DNA of 64,000 nucleotides from the human T2T-CHM13v2.0 reference genome, Homo sapiens (GCF_009914755.1 NC_060925.1); one strand, 5' to 3'; counted from the first letter of the stretch, positions 1-18,200 are shown. The notes: a model not told the origin generated them from the sequence alone. Program-made: numbers and translations.

Positions 1-3110
<3,110 letters not shown>

Positions 3111-3976
3111 AAAAATTTATAAAAACTACCTCAAGAACAAGCCTGAATAGATCTCTAATAATGAGATTGAATTATTAATTACAAATCTTCTTACAAAGAA
3201 AAGCCCAGAGCTCAATGGCTTGATCCAAAAAAGATATTCTATGTAATCCTTAAAGGAGATATAACACTAATCCTTCATAAACAGTTTTTAAAAATAGAGA
3301 AGGCAATCCTTATTTTATAGTCAGTATTACCCTGATACCAAAAGCCAGCCACATAATTCATTTAAAAAGCTAGAGATCAATATTCTTCATGAATATAGAC
3401 ATCAGAACTCATCCTCAACAAAATATTAGCAACAAATCAGTTCAGCAATATATAAAAAGGATTAGATACACCATGACCAAGTAGGATTTATCTCTACGAT
3501 GCATGGTTGGTTTAACATCTGAAAATCAATAAATCTAATACACTGTATTAATAAAATAAAGGACAAAAATCATTCAATCATGACAATAGATGCAGAAAAA
3601 GCATTTAACAAAATGTAATACTCATCTATGATTTAAATTCAACAAATTAGTAATAAAAGGGAAATTTCTCAACCTTAGGGAAGCTGTGAAAAGCATACAC
3701 CTAAAATCATATTTAATGGTGAATAATAGAATGCTTTTCTTGTAAGATAAGGAACAAGGCAAGGGCATCTGCTGATGCCACTTCTAGTGTATACTACACT
3801 CAGTGTTCTAGTCGGTTCAACCTAGCTGGAAAAAAAAAATGCATTCAGATTCTAAAAGGAAAAGAATCTATTAGCAAATGACATGATCCTCTTTATAGAA
3901 AATCCAAAGAAATCCCTACCAAAACCAAAACAAAACAACCACAACAGTAATAACAGCAAAAAAACACTAGTAATCA

Positions 3977-5427
3977 TAATCATGTCACTTAACAATGGGA
4001 ATGCGTTCTGAGAAATGCATTTTTGGGCAGTATCATTCTTATGAGAACATCTTGGAGTGCACTTACGCAAACCTAGTTGGAATAGCCTACTATAGACCTA
4101 GGCTATAGCCTATTATTCCTAGGCTACAAACCTATACAGCATGTCACTATACTGATACTATGGGCAACTGTAATAATCATGTTTGCGTATCTAAGCACAT
4201 CAAAACATAGAAAAGATATAGTAAAACTATAGTATAAGAGATGAAAAATGGTATATCTGTATAGGGCTCTTAACCATGAATATAGCTTGCAAGACTGAAG
4301 TTACTCTGGGTGAGTCACTGAATGAGTGGTAAGTGAATGTGAAGGCCTAGGACATCACTGTACACTACTGAAGACTTCTGTATACTTACGCTACACCAAA
4401 TTTATACAAAAATGTTTTTCTTTCTTCAATGATAAATTAACAGTAGTTTACTGCTAATTTCACTTTATAACCTTTAAACTTTGACTCTTTTATAATAACA
4501 CTTAGCTTAATATACAAACATTTTACAGCTCAAAAATATTTTCTTTATATTCTTATTCTATAAGGTTTTTTCTTTAACTTTTTATCTTTTATTTTTACTT
4601 CTTAAACTTTTTTTGTTAAAAAGTAAGACACAAACACATTAGCCTAGGCCTCCTCAGGGTCAGAATTGCTGTCTTCCTCCTCCACATCTTGTCCCACTGG
4701 AAGGTCTTCCGGGACAGTAACACACATGGAGCCATCATGTCTTGTAATAATGCCTTCTTCTGGTGTACCTCCTGAAGGACCTGCCTGAGGCTACTTGACA
4801 ATTAACTATTTTTTTTTTTTTTTGAGACAGCATCTCACTCTGTTGCCCGTGCTCAAGTAAAGTGGCACAATCTTGGCTCACTGCAACCTACATCTTTCAG
4901 GTTCAAACAATTCTCCCACCTCAGCCTCCCCTAGGACTACAGACACATGTCACCACACCCAGTTAACTTTTGTATGTTTTGGTAGAGATGGGGTTTCACC
5001 ATGTTGTCAAGGCTGGTCTTGAACTCCTGACTTCAAGTGATCCGCCCTCCTCGGCCTCCCAAAGTACTGAGATACAGGCGTGAGCCACCGCACCTGGCTG
5101 TAACATTGTTTTATAAGTAGAGGGAATATACTTTAAAATAATGATAAAAGTATAATGTAGTAAATATATAAACCAGTATCAGTGATTTATTATAATTTTT
5201 AAAAATTATGTACTGTATGTATTATACGTGTTATACTTTTAGGCAACTGGCAGCACAATAGGTTCCTCTACACCAGCATCACTACAAACATGTGAGTAAT
5301 GTGTTACACTATGCCATTATGATGGCTACGAAGTCACTAGGCAATAGAATCTTTTCAGCTCATATTCTGAGACCATCCTCCTATATATGGTCTGTCCTTG
5401 ACTGAAACATTATGTGGCATATGACTG
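3977..5427. mobile_element. Tigger3 (Golem)-family TcMar DNA transposon, internally deleted (Tigger3b-like)
   Basis: Degenerate left terminus 'atcatgtcacttaacaatgggaatgcgttctgagaaatgc'; right terminus 'ggcatatgactg' followed by TA at 5428-5429; characteristic 'cctaggcta' internal palindromic repeats. Confidence 0.85.
4809..5099 (-). mobile_element. Alu (AluS-type) inserted in Tigger3
   Basis: PolyT followed by the reverse-complement Alu dimer ending 'tgagccaccgcacctggc'. Confidence 0.95.
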
Positions 5428-5500
5428 TACTAATAAACAAGTTCAGCAAGATGTAAGAATCCAAGAGTAATATCAAAAAGGAAAATGAATTATACTTCCA

Positions 5501-5860
5501 TAGATAGTCCCCAACTTACTACTGCTCAACTTATGTTTCAACTTTACAATTATGTGCAAATGATATGCATTTAGTAGAAACTGTACTTGAAATTATGAAT
5601 TCTGATCATTTCCTGGGCTAGCAATATGTGGTACAATACTCTTAGATAAGATATTCAGCACTTTATTATACAATTGGCTTTGTGTTAGATGATTTTGCCC
5701 AACTGTAGGCTAATGTAAGTGTTCCAAACATATTTAGGCCAAGCTAGGCTATTCTGCATTGTTCAGTAGGTTACATTTATTAAATGCATTTTTGACTTGT
5801 GATTTTTCTTAACTTACAATGGTTTATTGGTATGTAACACCGTCATAAGTTGTGGTACGT
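5501..5860 (-). mobile_element. MER47 (Tigger5-family) non-autonomous DNA transposon
   Basis: 'tagatagtccccaactta' terminus and 'ggctttgtgttagatgattttgcccaactgtaggctaatgtaagtgtt' match the reverse complement of the recalled MER47 consensus. Confidence 0.8.
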
Positions 5861-7829
5861 AGAACCACTATAAGTGAAGGAATGAACAATCTAAAAATTA
5901 ACTCAGGTAAAAATTTCACTCACAAGAACACTGAAAAGAATAAACTACTTATGAATAAAATTTAACAAAAAATGTAAAAATGTTTTATACAGTTGCTGAA
6001 AGAAATTAAACAAGACTTAAATAATTGGGAGACATTTTATGTTCATGGATTGGAAGACATTATAAAGATACAATTTTTCCCAAATTGATCTGTAGATTCA
6101 GTATAATTTCTATCCAAATCCCAGTAGATTTTCCTTTGCAGAAATTTTCAGGTTGACCCTAAAATTTATGTGGAAATGCAAAGGTTCCAGAATAGCCAAA
6201 TTGATTTTGAGGAAAAAATGTTAGAGGGTATGAACTTTCTAATTTCAATACTTGCTATCAAGCTACAATAATCAAAACAGATGATGCTGGCATAGAGATA
6301 AACATATGGATCAATGGAACAGAATATTTATGGTCAATTGATCTTATGCAAAATGTACCAAGGCAATTTAATGGGGGAAAGGATAGTCTTTTCAACAAAT
6401 ACCGTTTGCCATTGTGATATCCATAACTATAAATTAAGAGCCTTATTTCATGTTATATAAATTAACTCCAAGTAAAAAGTAAACCGAAATGTAGGAGCAA
6501 AAACCATACATCTTGTACAAGAAAACATAAAAGAATATCTTCATGATCTTGGGTCATAGAGTTCTGAAGTAGTATACCAAAAGCTTAATCCATAAAAGAA
6601 AAACTCAGAACTCATCAAAATAATAACTTTTTATTTCAAAATACACCATTAAGGAAAATGAGAAGATAAGCCACAGAATGAATGAAAATAGTTGCAAATC
6701 ATTATATGTGACAGAGGACTTCTATCCAAAATATATAAAGAACATGTATAACTCAATGTGAACACAAAACTTCCAATTTAGAAATGGGTAAAAGATCTAA
6801 TATGCATCTCACTAAAGAAGATAATCAAATGGCTAAAATGCACATGAAAAGATACTTAGCAATATTTGCCATTAGGGGACTGTGAATTAAAACAATGAAA
6901 TTAATACCACTTCATATCCACTATGATGACTATAATCAGAATGACAGACAATAACAAAGATTGATAAGAATCTGGAGAAGGTGCAACTCTCATTTATTGC
7001 TGGTAAGGATGTTAAATGGTGCAGCCACTTTGTAAAAGAGACTGGCAATTTCTTAAAAGGTTAAACATAAATTTACTATGCAATTCAAGCAGTGGTATTC
7101 CAAGGAATATACTGAAGAGAAACAAAGTATGTAAACAGAAAAACATATATAACTGTTTATAACAGCATTATTCATAACAGCCTAAATGTATAAAATAGTC
7201 AATTACTTGGAAATGGATAAACAAAATAGGATATATCCATACATTGGAACTCAGCCATAAGAACAAATGTTACTGGAATATGCTACTACCTGAATGAACT
7301 TTAAAAACATCATACAAAGTGAAAGATATCAAATGCTAAATACTATTTGTATAATTCCATTTACATAAAATTTTCAGAAAAGTCAAATCTATAGAGACAG
7401 AAAATAGAACAGTGGTTGTCTGAAGCAGGAATGTAAATAGAGATTGTCTGCAAATGTGCCTGAGGAATTTGTGGATGGGGAAGGCGGATGATGAGAAATT
7501 TCTAATACCAGTTGTGGTGATGATCGCACAATTCTAAAATAGTAAAAGTCATCGAATTATAACAGTTATATATATATAACAGTTGGATTTTACACTAAAT
7601 AAAACTGTTAAAAAAGGAAAGAGTGGACTAAAGGTAACCTGATCTTTTCCCAGCCTTTTGCTTTAGTGTTTATTTGGGAACCAGGAGATCCCTGACTTTG
7701 TACAGTTACCCTTTTTAAAATGTCTATATATGAGCACATCAAAGAAGAGATAATTAAGCACAGTATTAACAAGAAAAAGAACAGAGACGGTACCAATCTT
7801 TCCCCACTTTTTTTTTTTTTGGCTTAAAT

Positions 7830-8385
<556 letters not shown>

Positions 8386-8639
8386 TCAATGATATAGGCA
8401 TTGACATGGACATAGATGGTGTCATATAATTCTGCTTGTTCATATTGAGGGTATAGAAACGTTGCAAAGCCTAATACTGCTTCTTCTTAGTATCACTTGC
8501 CACAGCCTAGGTTTTCAGACTAGCCAAAGGCCTCAAGTCTGAATAAGGGGAATGTATTCATAGCATTGGGCCAAATGAGCACTTGTTCAGCCCCGAGGGT
8601 TGAGAGCAGAACAAAGGCTCAGATTCCATCAAATCAGGT

Positions 8640-9643
<1,004 letters not shown>

Positions 9644-10154
9644 AGTAAGTGTTTATTAGAATATCATCTGTGGACATGAATTCAGGACAGATATGACAAC
9701 AAGAACTAAGTATACAAAAATCAAAGCAAAGAGACAAACACAGGCCTAAGATAAACAAAAGGGGTAATTGGACAATAAAGGTTAGGTAAACAGAAAAGTG
9801 TAAGGAACCAAGATGGGTGAAAACAGATTAGAAATGGAATATACAAAAGTATCAAAAGGCATTTAAAAAGAACGAGTTAAACTATACCAAAACCAGGCAG
9901 GAACACAGAAAGCAAGAAAGACAAAATTAAATATTTCAAGCAAAAAAGTATTGCCTCTTAAATATTTCAGCCTGTGATCCTTTTTGTGTGTCCCCAGTGT
10001 CTAACTGTAATGATATTTTGTACTACTAATAATGAATTTTGTTTGTATATAAAAATGATTCTGTTGAACACCTGCACTAGGCCATATACTTTATGTTGGG
10101 CTTTGCCTATTAATAAGAATATATTTCATTGAATTTTCTAGGATCTCTTGCTAG

Positions 10155-10490
<336 letters not shown>

Positions 10491-11640
10491 TGCTAGTTCC
10501 TATTAAAAACAATGGAAAACACTGGTAAAATATTTGCCCTGGTAGCTGTGCAAAGTATGGCTGTAAAACTGAAGCACTCCATTTAGTTTGTGTGGGAACT
10601 GAATCTATAAACTATCAACAAACAAGTTGATTTAACCTGCTGTCTTAAGTGCTGAAGACTCTGGTTTTGAGTCAAGACATTTTTAACATCTATGTTATAA
10701 AGAGAGCTATATCCGCAGATGCACCTCAATTATAACCCAAAATTCTTAATATGACCGATGTGAAAACAAATTTTATCCTGCCTGAAATTTTTTTAGATAA
10801 ATGTAAAAAGTGTCTTAAATATTCAATAGTATATTAAATTTCAGAAACGAAATCTACTGAAGTGATATTAAAATTTTAAAAGTGATTTTTAAATAGATTA
10901 GATAAAGTCATTTACATTTGAAGATACACTATAAAATTTCCCCAATAGCCATTCAAATTTCAGGTCAGAATTTAAAAATACAACAGATTTTTTTAATGCA
11001 ATGATGGTTACCATACAGTGACTACAACCCAGCTTTTATATACATTTTGCACAAAATTATTATTATTGCTTCACTATGTGTACAAAAAGATTAGTTACAG
11101 TTACTAAGGGAAACGTAACTTGGAATTTTTTGACTTACACTTAAATTTTTTGACTTAAAGTTAGAAAGCTTGCCCTTAACGTTCTATTAATATAAGGTTT
11201 TGCAATTAACTTCCTTAGCAAAAAAATAAACAAAAGTAAAAATAAAGCTCTGCAAACATTTTTAAACTCATAATTCACTCGTAATGGGTTTTCTCTGAAT
11301 GTATGGTTTGAAATTCAGTGAGCAAAATTTTAAATATCTTATTATGTATCCTTTTATGAATTTGTACTCATTATAATAAATGCAGCTGTTAGACTTTTCC
11401 CTTTCCTAAAATTTGTCACCTGAAATAAAAATCAATTTCATGATTTAAAGGGCCAGACGTTTTAGTATAAAAGTCCTGAAAGAAGCCATATGAATCCACG
11501 GGAAATAGTGATGAGGTATTGTTCAGGCACAAGGCCTTCAAGGTCCTCCCATTCACTTCTTAATTTTGATTCAGGGCAGGAAGAAATCTTTCTCGCTCTT
11601 ATTTTTTCAGAACTGCATCTGTTGCTTCTTCAAGACATTT

Positions 11641-11730
11641 ACCATTTTGTACTTTATATTAGATGCTTCTAGAGTTCAGAATTCTATCACTTTGTACTTT
11701 TTATTGGATGCTTCTATAGTTCAGAACTCA
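11641..11730. repeat. 45-bp tandem duplication (2 diverged copies)
   Basis: accattttgtactttatattagatgcttctagagttcagaattct / atcactttgtactttttattggatgcttctatagttcagaactca. Confidence 0.9.
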
Positions 11731-12329
11731 ACTTTGGGATCCTGTAATACCTACACAAGTGATTTGAGTACATGCTCAGTCATATTTGTTGAAACCAAAT
11801 AAGAATTTTGCTATATTCTGCTTCCAAACTCTGTGTTCTTTACAAATCTGCCACTCTTACCAATTGTCCCTCAAACCGTGAGCTTCATAAAGGATGGGAA
11901 CCTATATTCACTGTAAATCTAAGTACTTAGGGCACTGTCCAGTTTATTTACTGACACATAATATATATGTTTTGAATGTGGTAATTTTATCAATGCAGAT
12001 GTTCCATCATCTTTCCCAGATAGAAGGAAAAATGAATTATTAGCTTCATGAGGTCACAGAGCCAATAAAATTCTAATCAAAATTCAAACCGTTATTTTTG
12101 CCCTTGTAAAACTTTCAAGTTAAAATATTTTTAAAAATACAACCGCAAACAGGTTAAAAAAGAAAGATAATCTTGAAGAACAAGCTGAAAGGACTACTGT
12201 ACTGATCGTTTAAATGCATGAAGTTCTAGTACTTAAGATAGTATGACATTGGTGCAAATATTGAGTGGAAAGGAACAGAAAGACAAGAAGCTTCCTGATG
12301 TATATATAGACACTTGTTTTATTATAAAG

Positions 12330-12670
12330 TTGTCTGATGGAATGCATTAATATTTGCCAAAATTTGCCAGCCTTCTCTGCACAAATAATATGTATACATA
12401 ATTGTTGAATTGTTGGCCATGTACTAGCTTTGGCCAATAAAATATGAGCAAAAGTTAGTATCACTTCAGGGCAAAAGATTTAAGAGTTTGCCTCCCTTCT
12501 CCTTTCCCCTCTGCCACAAAGACCAGCAAAGTTCCAGATAGAGGCTGTGACATAAAGCCAGTGCCCACTCATGATGAACAAATGTAAATGAGAAATAAAC
12601 TTTCTGGTTTTCGAGATGCTTAAATTTGGGGGGTATTTGTTACAGAAAACCTTAATATTTTCTGAATTCT
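12330..12670 (+). mobile_element. MLT1H/I-like MaLR LTR
   Basis: 'ggccatgtactagctttggccaataaaatatgagc', 'tgagaaataaacttt', 'tatttgttacag'. Confidence 0.7.
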
Positions 12671-13398
12671 ATGAGTTTGCACAGTATAGCGGTAGGGATA
12701 TTATCTGTAGTCTTTTTGGTTATTTATGCTAAAATAAAAGTAGCTTTATATGGGAAAGCATTTTTAGAACTCTTCACTACCTCACATACACAAAAATTCT
12801 TAGTGAGTTGAAGGTGTATAGCAAAACGAAAATATGTTTTAGCACACATTATAGCACATATTTATGTTGCTGAGTGACTTTCTAAACAAAACTCAAAAAG
12901 AAAATCTGTAGAAAGACTAAAACATTGCACTACACGAGAATTAAAACTTCTCTCCATCAAAATATACTATTAAAAGCCTCAAAGTAAAAAAAAAAAAATG
13001 CTTACACCATATACAACTAAAGAGGTCATATGCACAATACGACACCATTTTTTTAAGAGCCAAAATCTTTAACTGGCCACTTCTCCAAGAGTTTTTCCAC
13101 ATTGACTAGTAAACACATGAAAGAGAGCATAACTACATTAGTAATTGGTGAAATGCAAATAAATGCCAAAATATAACACCCTTACAGACCTACCAGAGAA
13201 GCTAAAAATGAAACCAAAAGACAATACTAAGCATTGACATAGAAGTGAAGCAACTAAAAGTCTCTTAAACCCTTAAGAGTGTAAATTGGTACAACCACAT
13301 TGGAAGAGTTTGTTTTGGCATTGTTGGCTAAAGTGAAAGTTATACATACTCTATCGCCCAGAACTTCCACTCCTGAGGCATACACTCAGAAGACTTAC

Positions 13399-13812
13399 GT
13401 GCCTTTTCCAGACTTAAAGAGTTGCCTCCAAGACCCTCTTTCAAGGAAGGACCTGCAGCCCAGGTGCAGTGAATGCAGTCAGCCAACAGCATTCAGCTGC
13501 CAACTCCTTTGTGGTCAGCCTCAGCTGCAGAGAGCTACATTGATGAAGATCATCCCTCTTAAGGGCAGCAGCTCATACCAGGTGACTGAATGAGGCTGAG
13601 GTCTTAGAGCCCGGCCGTTTAAGCCTTATTTACTTGCCTAGACCTGCCTGCCAGGTTTGCAAAGATTTTGTTGGGCCTTTATCTCAGTTCAGATTTTTCC
13701 CTGCCCAATCCTGCCCCAGCCCCCTTTTCTTCACAGGTGTTAGCTCCTACAAAGCATTGCACACACCAAGACCCATCTCAGCACTTGTTTCTGGAGAAAT
13801 CAATATGTGACA
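13399..13812 (+). mobile_element. LTR16C-like ERVL LTR
   Basis: 'tcagcctcagctgcagagagc', 'ctgcccaatcctgc...ttcacaggtgtt', ending 'tgtgaca'. Confidence 0.75.
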
Positions 13813-14390
13813 GCTGGTGTTAGAAGCGGTCTGAGAAAGTAACTGACAAGGTAGGATTTGAGGCTACATCATTCACTGCCCGGCTGGCAGTGGAGACCCA
13901 TCAATAGTGGTAGGTGACACACAAATAGCCCCTGCACACAGGTGTTGATCATATTGTAAAACTTTCATTGGCAGTGAATTGAGAGGGTGTGCTAGTGAAA
14001 GAGAATGCACCTGTATCAGGCTTTGGAGACATTTAAAGAAAGCACTAGCTATTAGGTGCTAAATGACTGTTGCTGAACACCATGGCTGCTCTACAAAAAT
14101 ATCATGAGTAGCTCTGGACAAGGAACTGGCAATTCAAAGCCAGTTGTGAAACCCCCAAGGCCTGTTGGATTGCACACAAAGAGGCTCTTACCAACTCTAC
14201 CTGGAGGAGAGGAGAAAGCTGAGAATTAAACCCAGGGCTTAATCCGTTAGCTGAAATTCAAAGAAAGTTAAATCCCAACTACAATAGTTATGGGCCTTAG
14301 TTGAACAAAACTCTCATTACTCATAGACTTATGGGTTAATCATATATCTAATGATTAACTGAGGGAAGAGGAAAAAGTCAACTTGGTTTG
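13813..14390 (+). mobile_element. ERVL (ERV3-16A3/HERV16-like) internal leader with tRNA-Leu-type primer binding site
   Basis: 'tggtgttagaagcggtct' at 13815-13832, two bases after the LTR-terminal CA, resembles the Leu PBS TGGTGTCAGAAGTGGGAT. Confidence 0.65.
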
Positions 14391-14393
14391 TAG

Positions 14394-15118
14394 TATTATG
14401 GCCTTGTGTTAGTCCATTTTCATACTGCTATAAAGAAACACCCAAGACTGGATAATTTATAAAGAAAAAAGTTTTGATGGACTCACAGTTCCACATGGCT
14501 TGAGAGGCCTCACAATCATGGGGAAGGCATAGGAGGAGCAACGGCATGTCTTACGTGGTAGCAGGCAAGAGAGTGTGTGCAGGGGAACTGCCCTTTATAA
14601 AACCATCAGATCTCGTGAGACTTATTCACTACCACGAGAACAGCGCAGGAAAAACCCATCCCCATGATTCAATTACCTCCCACTGGGTTCCTCCCAGGAC
14701 ATTAGGGATTATGTTATGGGAGCTACAATTCAAGATGAGATTTTGGTCGGGACACAGCCAGACCGTATCAGGGCTGAATTGTGTCCCCTGTCCCCCAAAT
14801 TCATATGATGCAGTCCTAGAATGTAGGATTGTATTTGTGTAGAGAGCCTTTAAAGAGGTGATTAAGGTAAAATAAGGTGAGAATGGACCCTAATTCAATA
14901 AAACTGGTATATCTATAAGAATAGGAGATTATGACACAGACACATACAGAGGAAGATGGCTATCTACAAGCCAGGGAGAGAGACTCAGAAAAACCAGTGC
15001 TGCCAACAATTTAATCTTGGATGTCTAGTCTCCAGAATTGTGAGAAGATAAATTTATATTTTTTTTTAATCATGCCATCTATGGTACTTTGTTCTGGTAG
15101 CCCTAGCAAACAAATACA
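14394..15118 (+). mobile_element. MLT1A/B MaLR LTR, split near its 5' end by THE1
   Basis: 'tattatgg|gctgaattgtgtcccc...' through 'tccagaattgtgagaagataaattt...ccctagcaaacaaataca'. Confidence 0.85.
14405..14770 (-). mobile_element. THE1 (THE1C/D-like) solo LTR
   Basis: 'tgtgttagtccattttcatactgctataaag' to 'gggacacagccagaccgtatca'; imperfect 5-bp TSD ggcct/gggct. Confidence 0.92.
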
Positions 15119-15330
15119 GATTTGAGTACCAAGAAGTAGGATGCTACTCTAACAAATAACTAGAAATGTAAAAGTGGCTTTTCACTGAGGCTGGAAGAGT
15201 TTTGAGGCGCATGTTGGAAAAAGCCTAGATTGCTTTGAAGAGATTGTTGATAGAAATATATATGTTAGAGGCGATTCTGGTAAGCACTTATAAAGAAAAC
15301 AGGACAGCTATAGAGAAAGCTTCTACCTTC
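15119..15330 (+). mobile_element. MLT1 internal sequence, 5' fragment
   Basis: 'gatttgagtaccaagaagtaggatgctactctaacaaata...gaggctggaagagttttgagg' directly follows the LTR. Confidence 0.75.
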
Positions 15331-16489
15331 TTATATAGTCTTGGCAATTAATTAAAATGAACTACAGCTATATACAACACCGTGAATGAATCACACAAAA
15401 TTTCTGTGCACAGGAAGTTAGATAGCAAAGGAAACAACTACAAAAATTGGTATTAGTTTGCTAGGACTGCTATTGTAGGAATGGAGTTGAGATCCAGAAA
15501 GGACACACAGAGAGCTTCTGGTTGCTTGCGATGTTCTATTTCTTGATTTGGCAATAGTCAGGTGTTTATAATTCAATATACTCTTTTTGTATTATGTACT
15601 TTTTAAAATGTGTGTTTTATGTTGGGTACTCTATTATATTGTAGTCAAGTGGACCTCTCAAAACTAAACTCCCGAGTAAGATTGACTTACCTGGGCAGAG
15701 AGAGTGCTGAAGTACTACATTCAGCACTGAGAGCATGTACATCCTTCAGGCAGTTTGCAAGAGAGAAGAGAGAGCAAGGGATTGGTCTATGCATGTTCTT
15801 TCCCTCCGCTATCCCCAGTCAGTTGTCACTCTGCTTCCACTGGGGGGAATGAGAAAGAGGGAGGAGAGAGACCAGGAGCGTTATGCTCATGAAGCTTCAT
15901 CAACATAAAAGGAAACATCACAGCGGAGAGTAAGCAATGCTGATGCTTCCCAACATTGTTAAAATAATTTTGTTATTTTAATCCATTAATCTTAACCATT
16001 AAACCTAAGGATTCCTGGGGTCAGTGGCCATTCCTTTCCACTTCACTTAGGAGAGTAGATTGGCAGTCCATCAAGACAGCACTGTTCCTACCTTCATGAC
16101 TCCATTCTCTCAATACCATTCCCTTTGAGTATCTTCTTGAAACTTCCAGTGGACAGTAAAGATTAGAGTCCCAATTGATTTAGGACTGAACTGATTTTGA
16201 TCTGAAATTGATTACTGAGTATATTAAACCCCAAAGTGTATATGAACTCTGAAGGTCAATTTATACCTAAAGGTGAAAATGTACTCTTTTCCTCATGTTC
16301 AACTATGTTGTCAGAAATAAGCAGTCCAGAATTTCTATAATAAAATCAAATAAAAACATTAGGACAATGCAAATAATGCAATAATGAGATGTCAACTTAG
16401 AGATATTCCAATAATCAAATATCAAGTTTGAATATAAAGCCTCCTATAATTATCAAATTTTTAGGGCAAAATTTAAGCCCAAACATTAA

Positions 16490-16790
16490 ATCTCCTTGAA
16501 GATAGCTGCTAGAGCTCTAGACATTATTCCTGTGTCCCAAGAAAAAGGAAGCAAAGAGAAGTTGAGCCCCCCTCCCCCAGTATTTTTTGGAGGATTCTCC
16601 AAGTCTCATATACCACTTTCATTTGCCTCTTGTTACTCAGAACTTAGCCATGTAGTTCCACATACCTGCAAATGTGGCTAGAAAATGGGGTCTCCTTTCT
16701 AGGGGGCAACTTAGAATAAATATCAGGATTATTTTAGCAAGAAAGAACAATGATATTGTGAAGGAACTAGAGGTGTTTGCTAAAGCAGCT
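16490..16790 (-). mobile_element. Old MLT1 (K/L-like) LTR fragment
   Basis: 'aagatagctgctagagctctagacat', 'cagaacttagccatg...ctgcaa...ggctagaaaatg'. Confidence 0.5.
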
Positions 16791-17089
16791 CTTGTTTGAG
16801 ATTGTTCCTCCTCCTTTATATGTAAAATCAGTTAAATTTTACTTTGCCTCCAAGACCTCTCTTTCTAACATGCTGGTACTGAAATGAAAGACACAATGGC
16901 CATATTTTTTAGTGAATAGGCATTTTCAGATTTGTTCTATGGTGTTTGTCTCCACTGCCTTTTGCTGTAATAATGATTAAGCCTTAGAAACCTGTCAATG
17001 TAACCTAAGAAACAGTGGTAAATAGGAGTAATTTTTGAGCCTATAATTAAGTCACAGGAAATTAAGATTTAATCCTTCTCAAGACCTTG

Positions 17090-17480
17090 AAGCTTGCCCC
17101 CCTCAAAGTCTATCTCCATTTCCCCCTCTGGCAACCAGACCAATAATTAGGGTCAATCTCAGCACAACTTTGACCAGGGATTTTCTGGGCCTGCTGCAGA
17201 AGAAGGTGAACTAAACACCAAAGAAGCTGCATAACCTAGGTGTCAGGTACCAACATGAGCCAGGAGAGTTTGCATGGAACAAGATTCTCAGGGTGCTCAA
17301 TCAAGGAAAGGGGTCGGGTGAAGCATGAAAGTGGCTAAGGGAGAGTTTCTTGACATGAGGACTCTTTCCCATGGTAGCAAACTCTTGACAAGGACCTGTG
17401 AGATAGTGCTGACCTGCTGTCGTGTTAGCCTTGGAAGCTTGAAAAGCGATGACCTACTTTCGTTGAAGTAGAAATGCAGA
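17090..17480 (+). mobile_element. ERVL gag remnant
   Basis: Translates YQHEPGEFAWNKILRVLNQGKG and, in another segment, KVAKGEFLDMRTLSHG, resembling ERV-L gag 'Y.Q..GE..WEWILRVWD.GG..I.LD..EF.D.G.LS.DS'. Confidence 0.7.
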
Positions 17481-17959
17481 ATGAACTTTTTGTTTAGCTA
17501 GAAATGTCCTTTTCCAACCTAACTGACAAAGCCCTACTCATCCTTTAAGATCAAGATTCAAATGTGTTCCAGTACTCATTATACCAAATAAAATTAATCA
17601 CTCCATTACAATCTTATGGCACTATTATGGGAATTCCTTACATTCTTCTATCTACCTGTATATGATAAAATAATAAAAAGTATAAAAAAATGGCAGGGGG
17701 AGGAAATGCACATTCTTACAGATATCTGCCAGGACTACCAGGCAGTTATTGTTGTATGTATGCCTGTGTGTGTTATGTGAGGTTCGTGGGTAAGAGAGAC
17801 TGAGAAATGTTGAAATATTAAATATTTTATTTAAACATTTAATTAATCAATAAATATAGATACATATAGGTTAGGTTTCTTTTTCCCCCTCACCCTTTTC
17901 TTTTCTTCTCAACCTAGTAATGAATAAGCTTTTGGCAAGACATAATAACTTAAAAATCA

Positions 17960-18200
17960 TAATACTAATAATGCCAGTACGTTGAGTATTTATTAAGCAC
18001 CAGACAGTATTATATGAGTCATATGTATTAACTCATATAACCCTCCCAGAAACCACAAGAATCATGTCCTATTATTATCTCCATTTTACAGGGAAAGAAG
18101 TGAGGCCCAAAGAAATTCAGTAACTTGCTATGGTCACACAGCTTATAGGGACAGAGACATGATTCAAATATAACAACTTTTTAACTCATCTTCTTAAATT
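17960..18200 (-). mobile_element. MIR SINE
   Basis: Core 'attattatctccattttacagg..gaagtgaggccc..taacttgc..ggtcacacagc'. Confidence 0.85.

Larger units (their letters stand above)
3111..7616 (+). mobile_element. Ancient L1M (L1MC/MD/ME-type) ORF2 and 3'UTR remnant, interrupted by Tigger3 and MER47
   Basis: Degenerate ORF2 sequence collinear with the young L1 ('aagaaaagcccagag', 'atagatgcagaaaaagcattt'). It resumes at 5430 ('ctaataaacaagttcagcaag') and ~5880. Old-L1 3' end 'aaatctatagagacagaaaatag...aataaaactgttaaaaaa'. Confidence 0.88.
12160..15620 (+). mobile_element. Highly decayed L1ME-type element (ORF2 3' part and 3'UTR) fragmented by LTR insertions
   Basis: L1-like pieces at ~12160-12310, ~12780-13398 ('gaaatgcaaataaa', 'gtgtaaattggtacaaccac', 'ttccactcctgagg') and ~15340-15620 ('aatgaactacagcta', 'atgttctatttcttgatttgg'). 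Confidence 0.65.
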
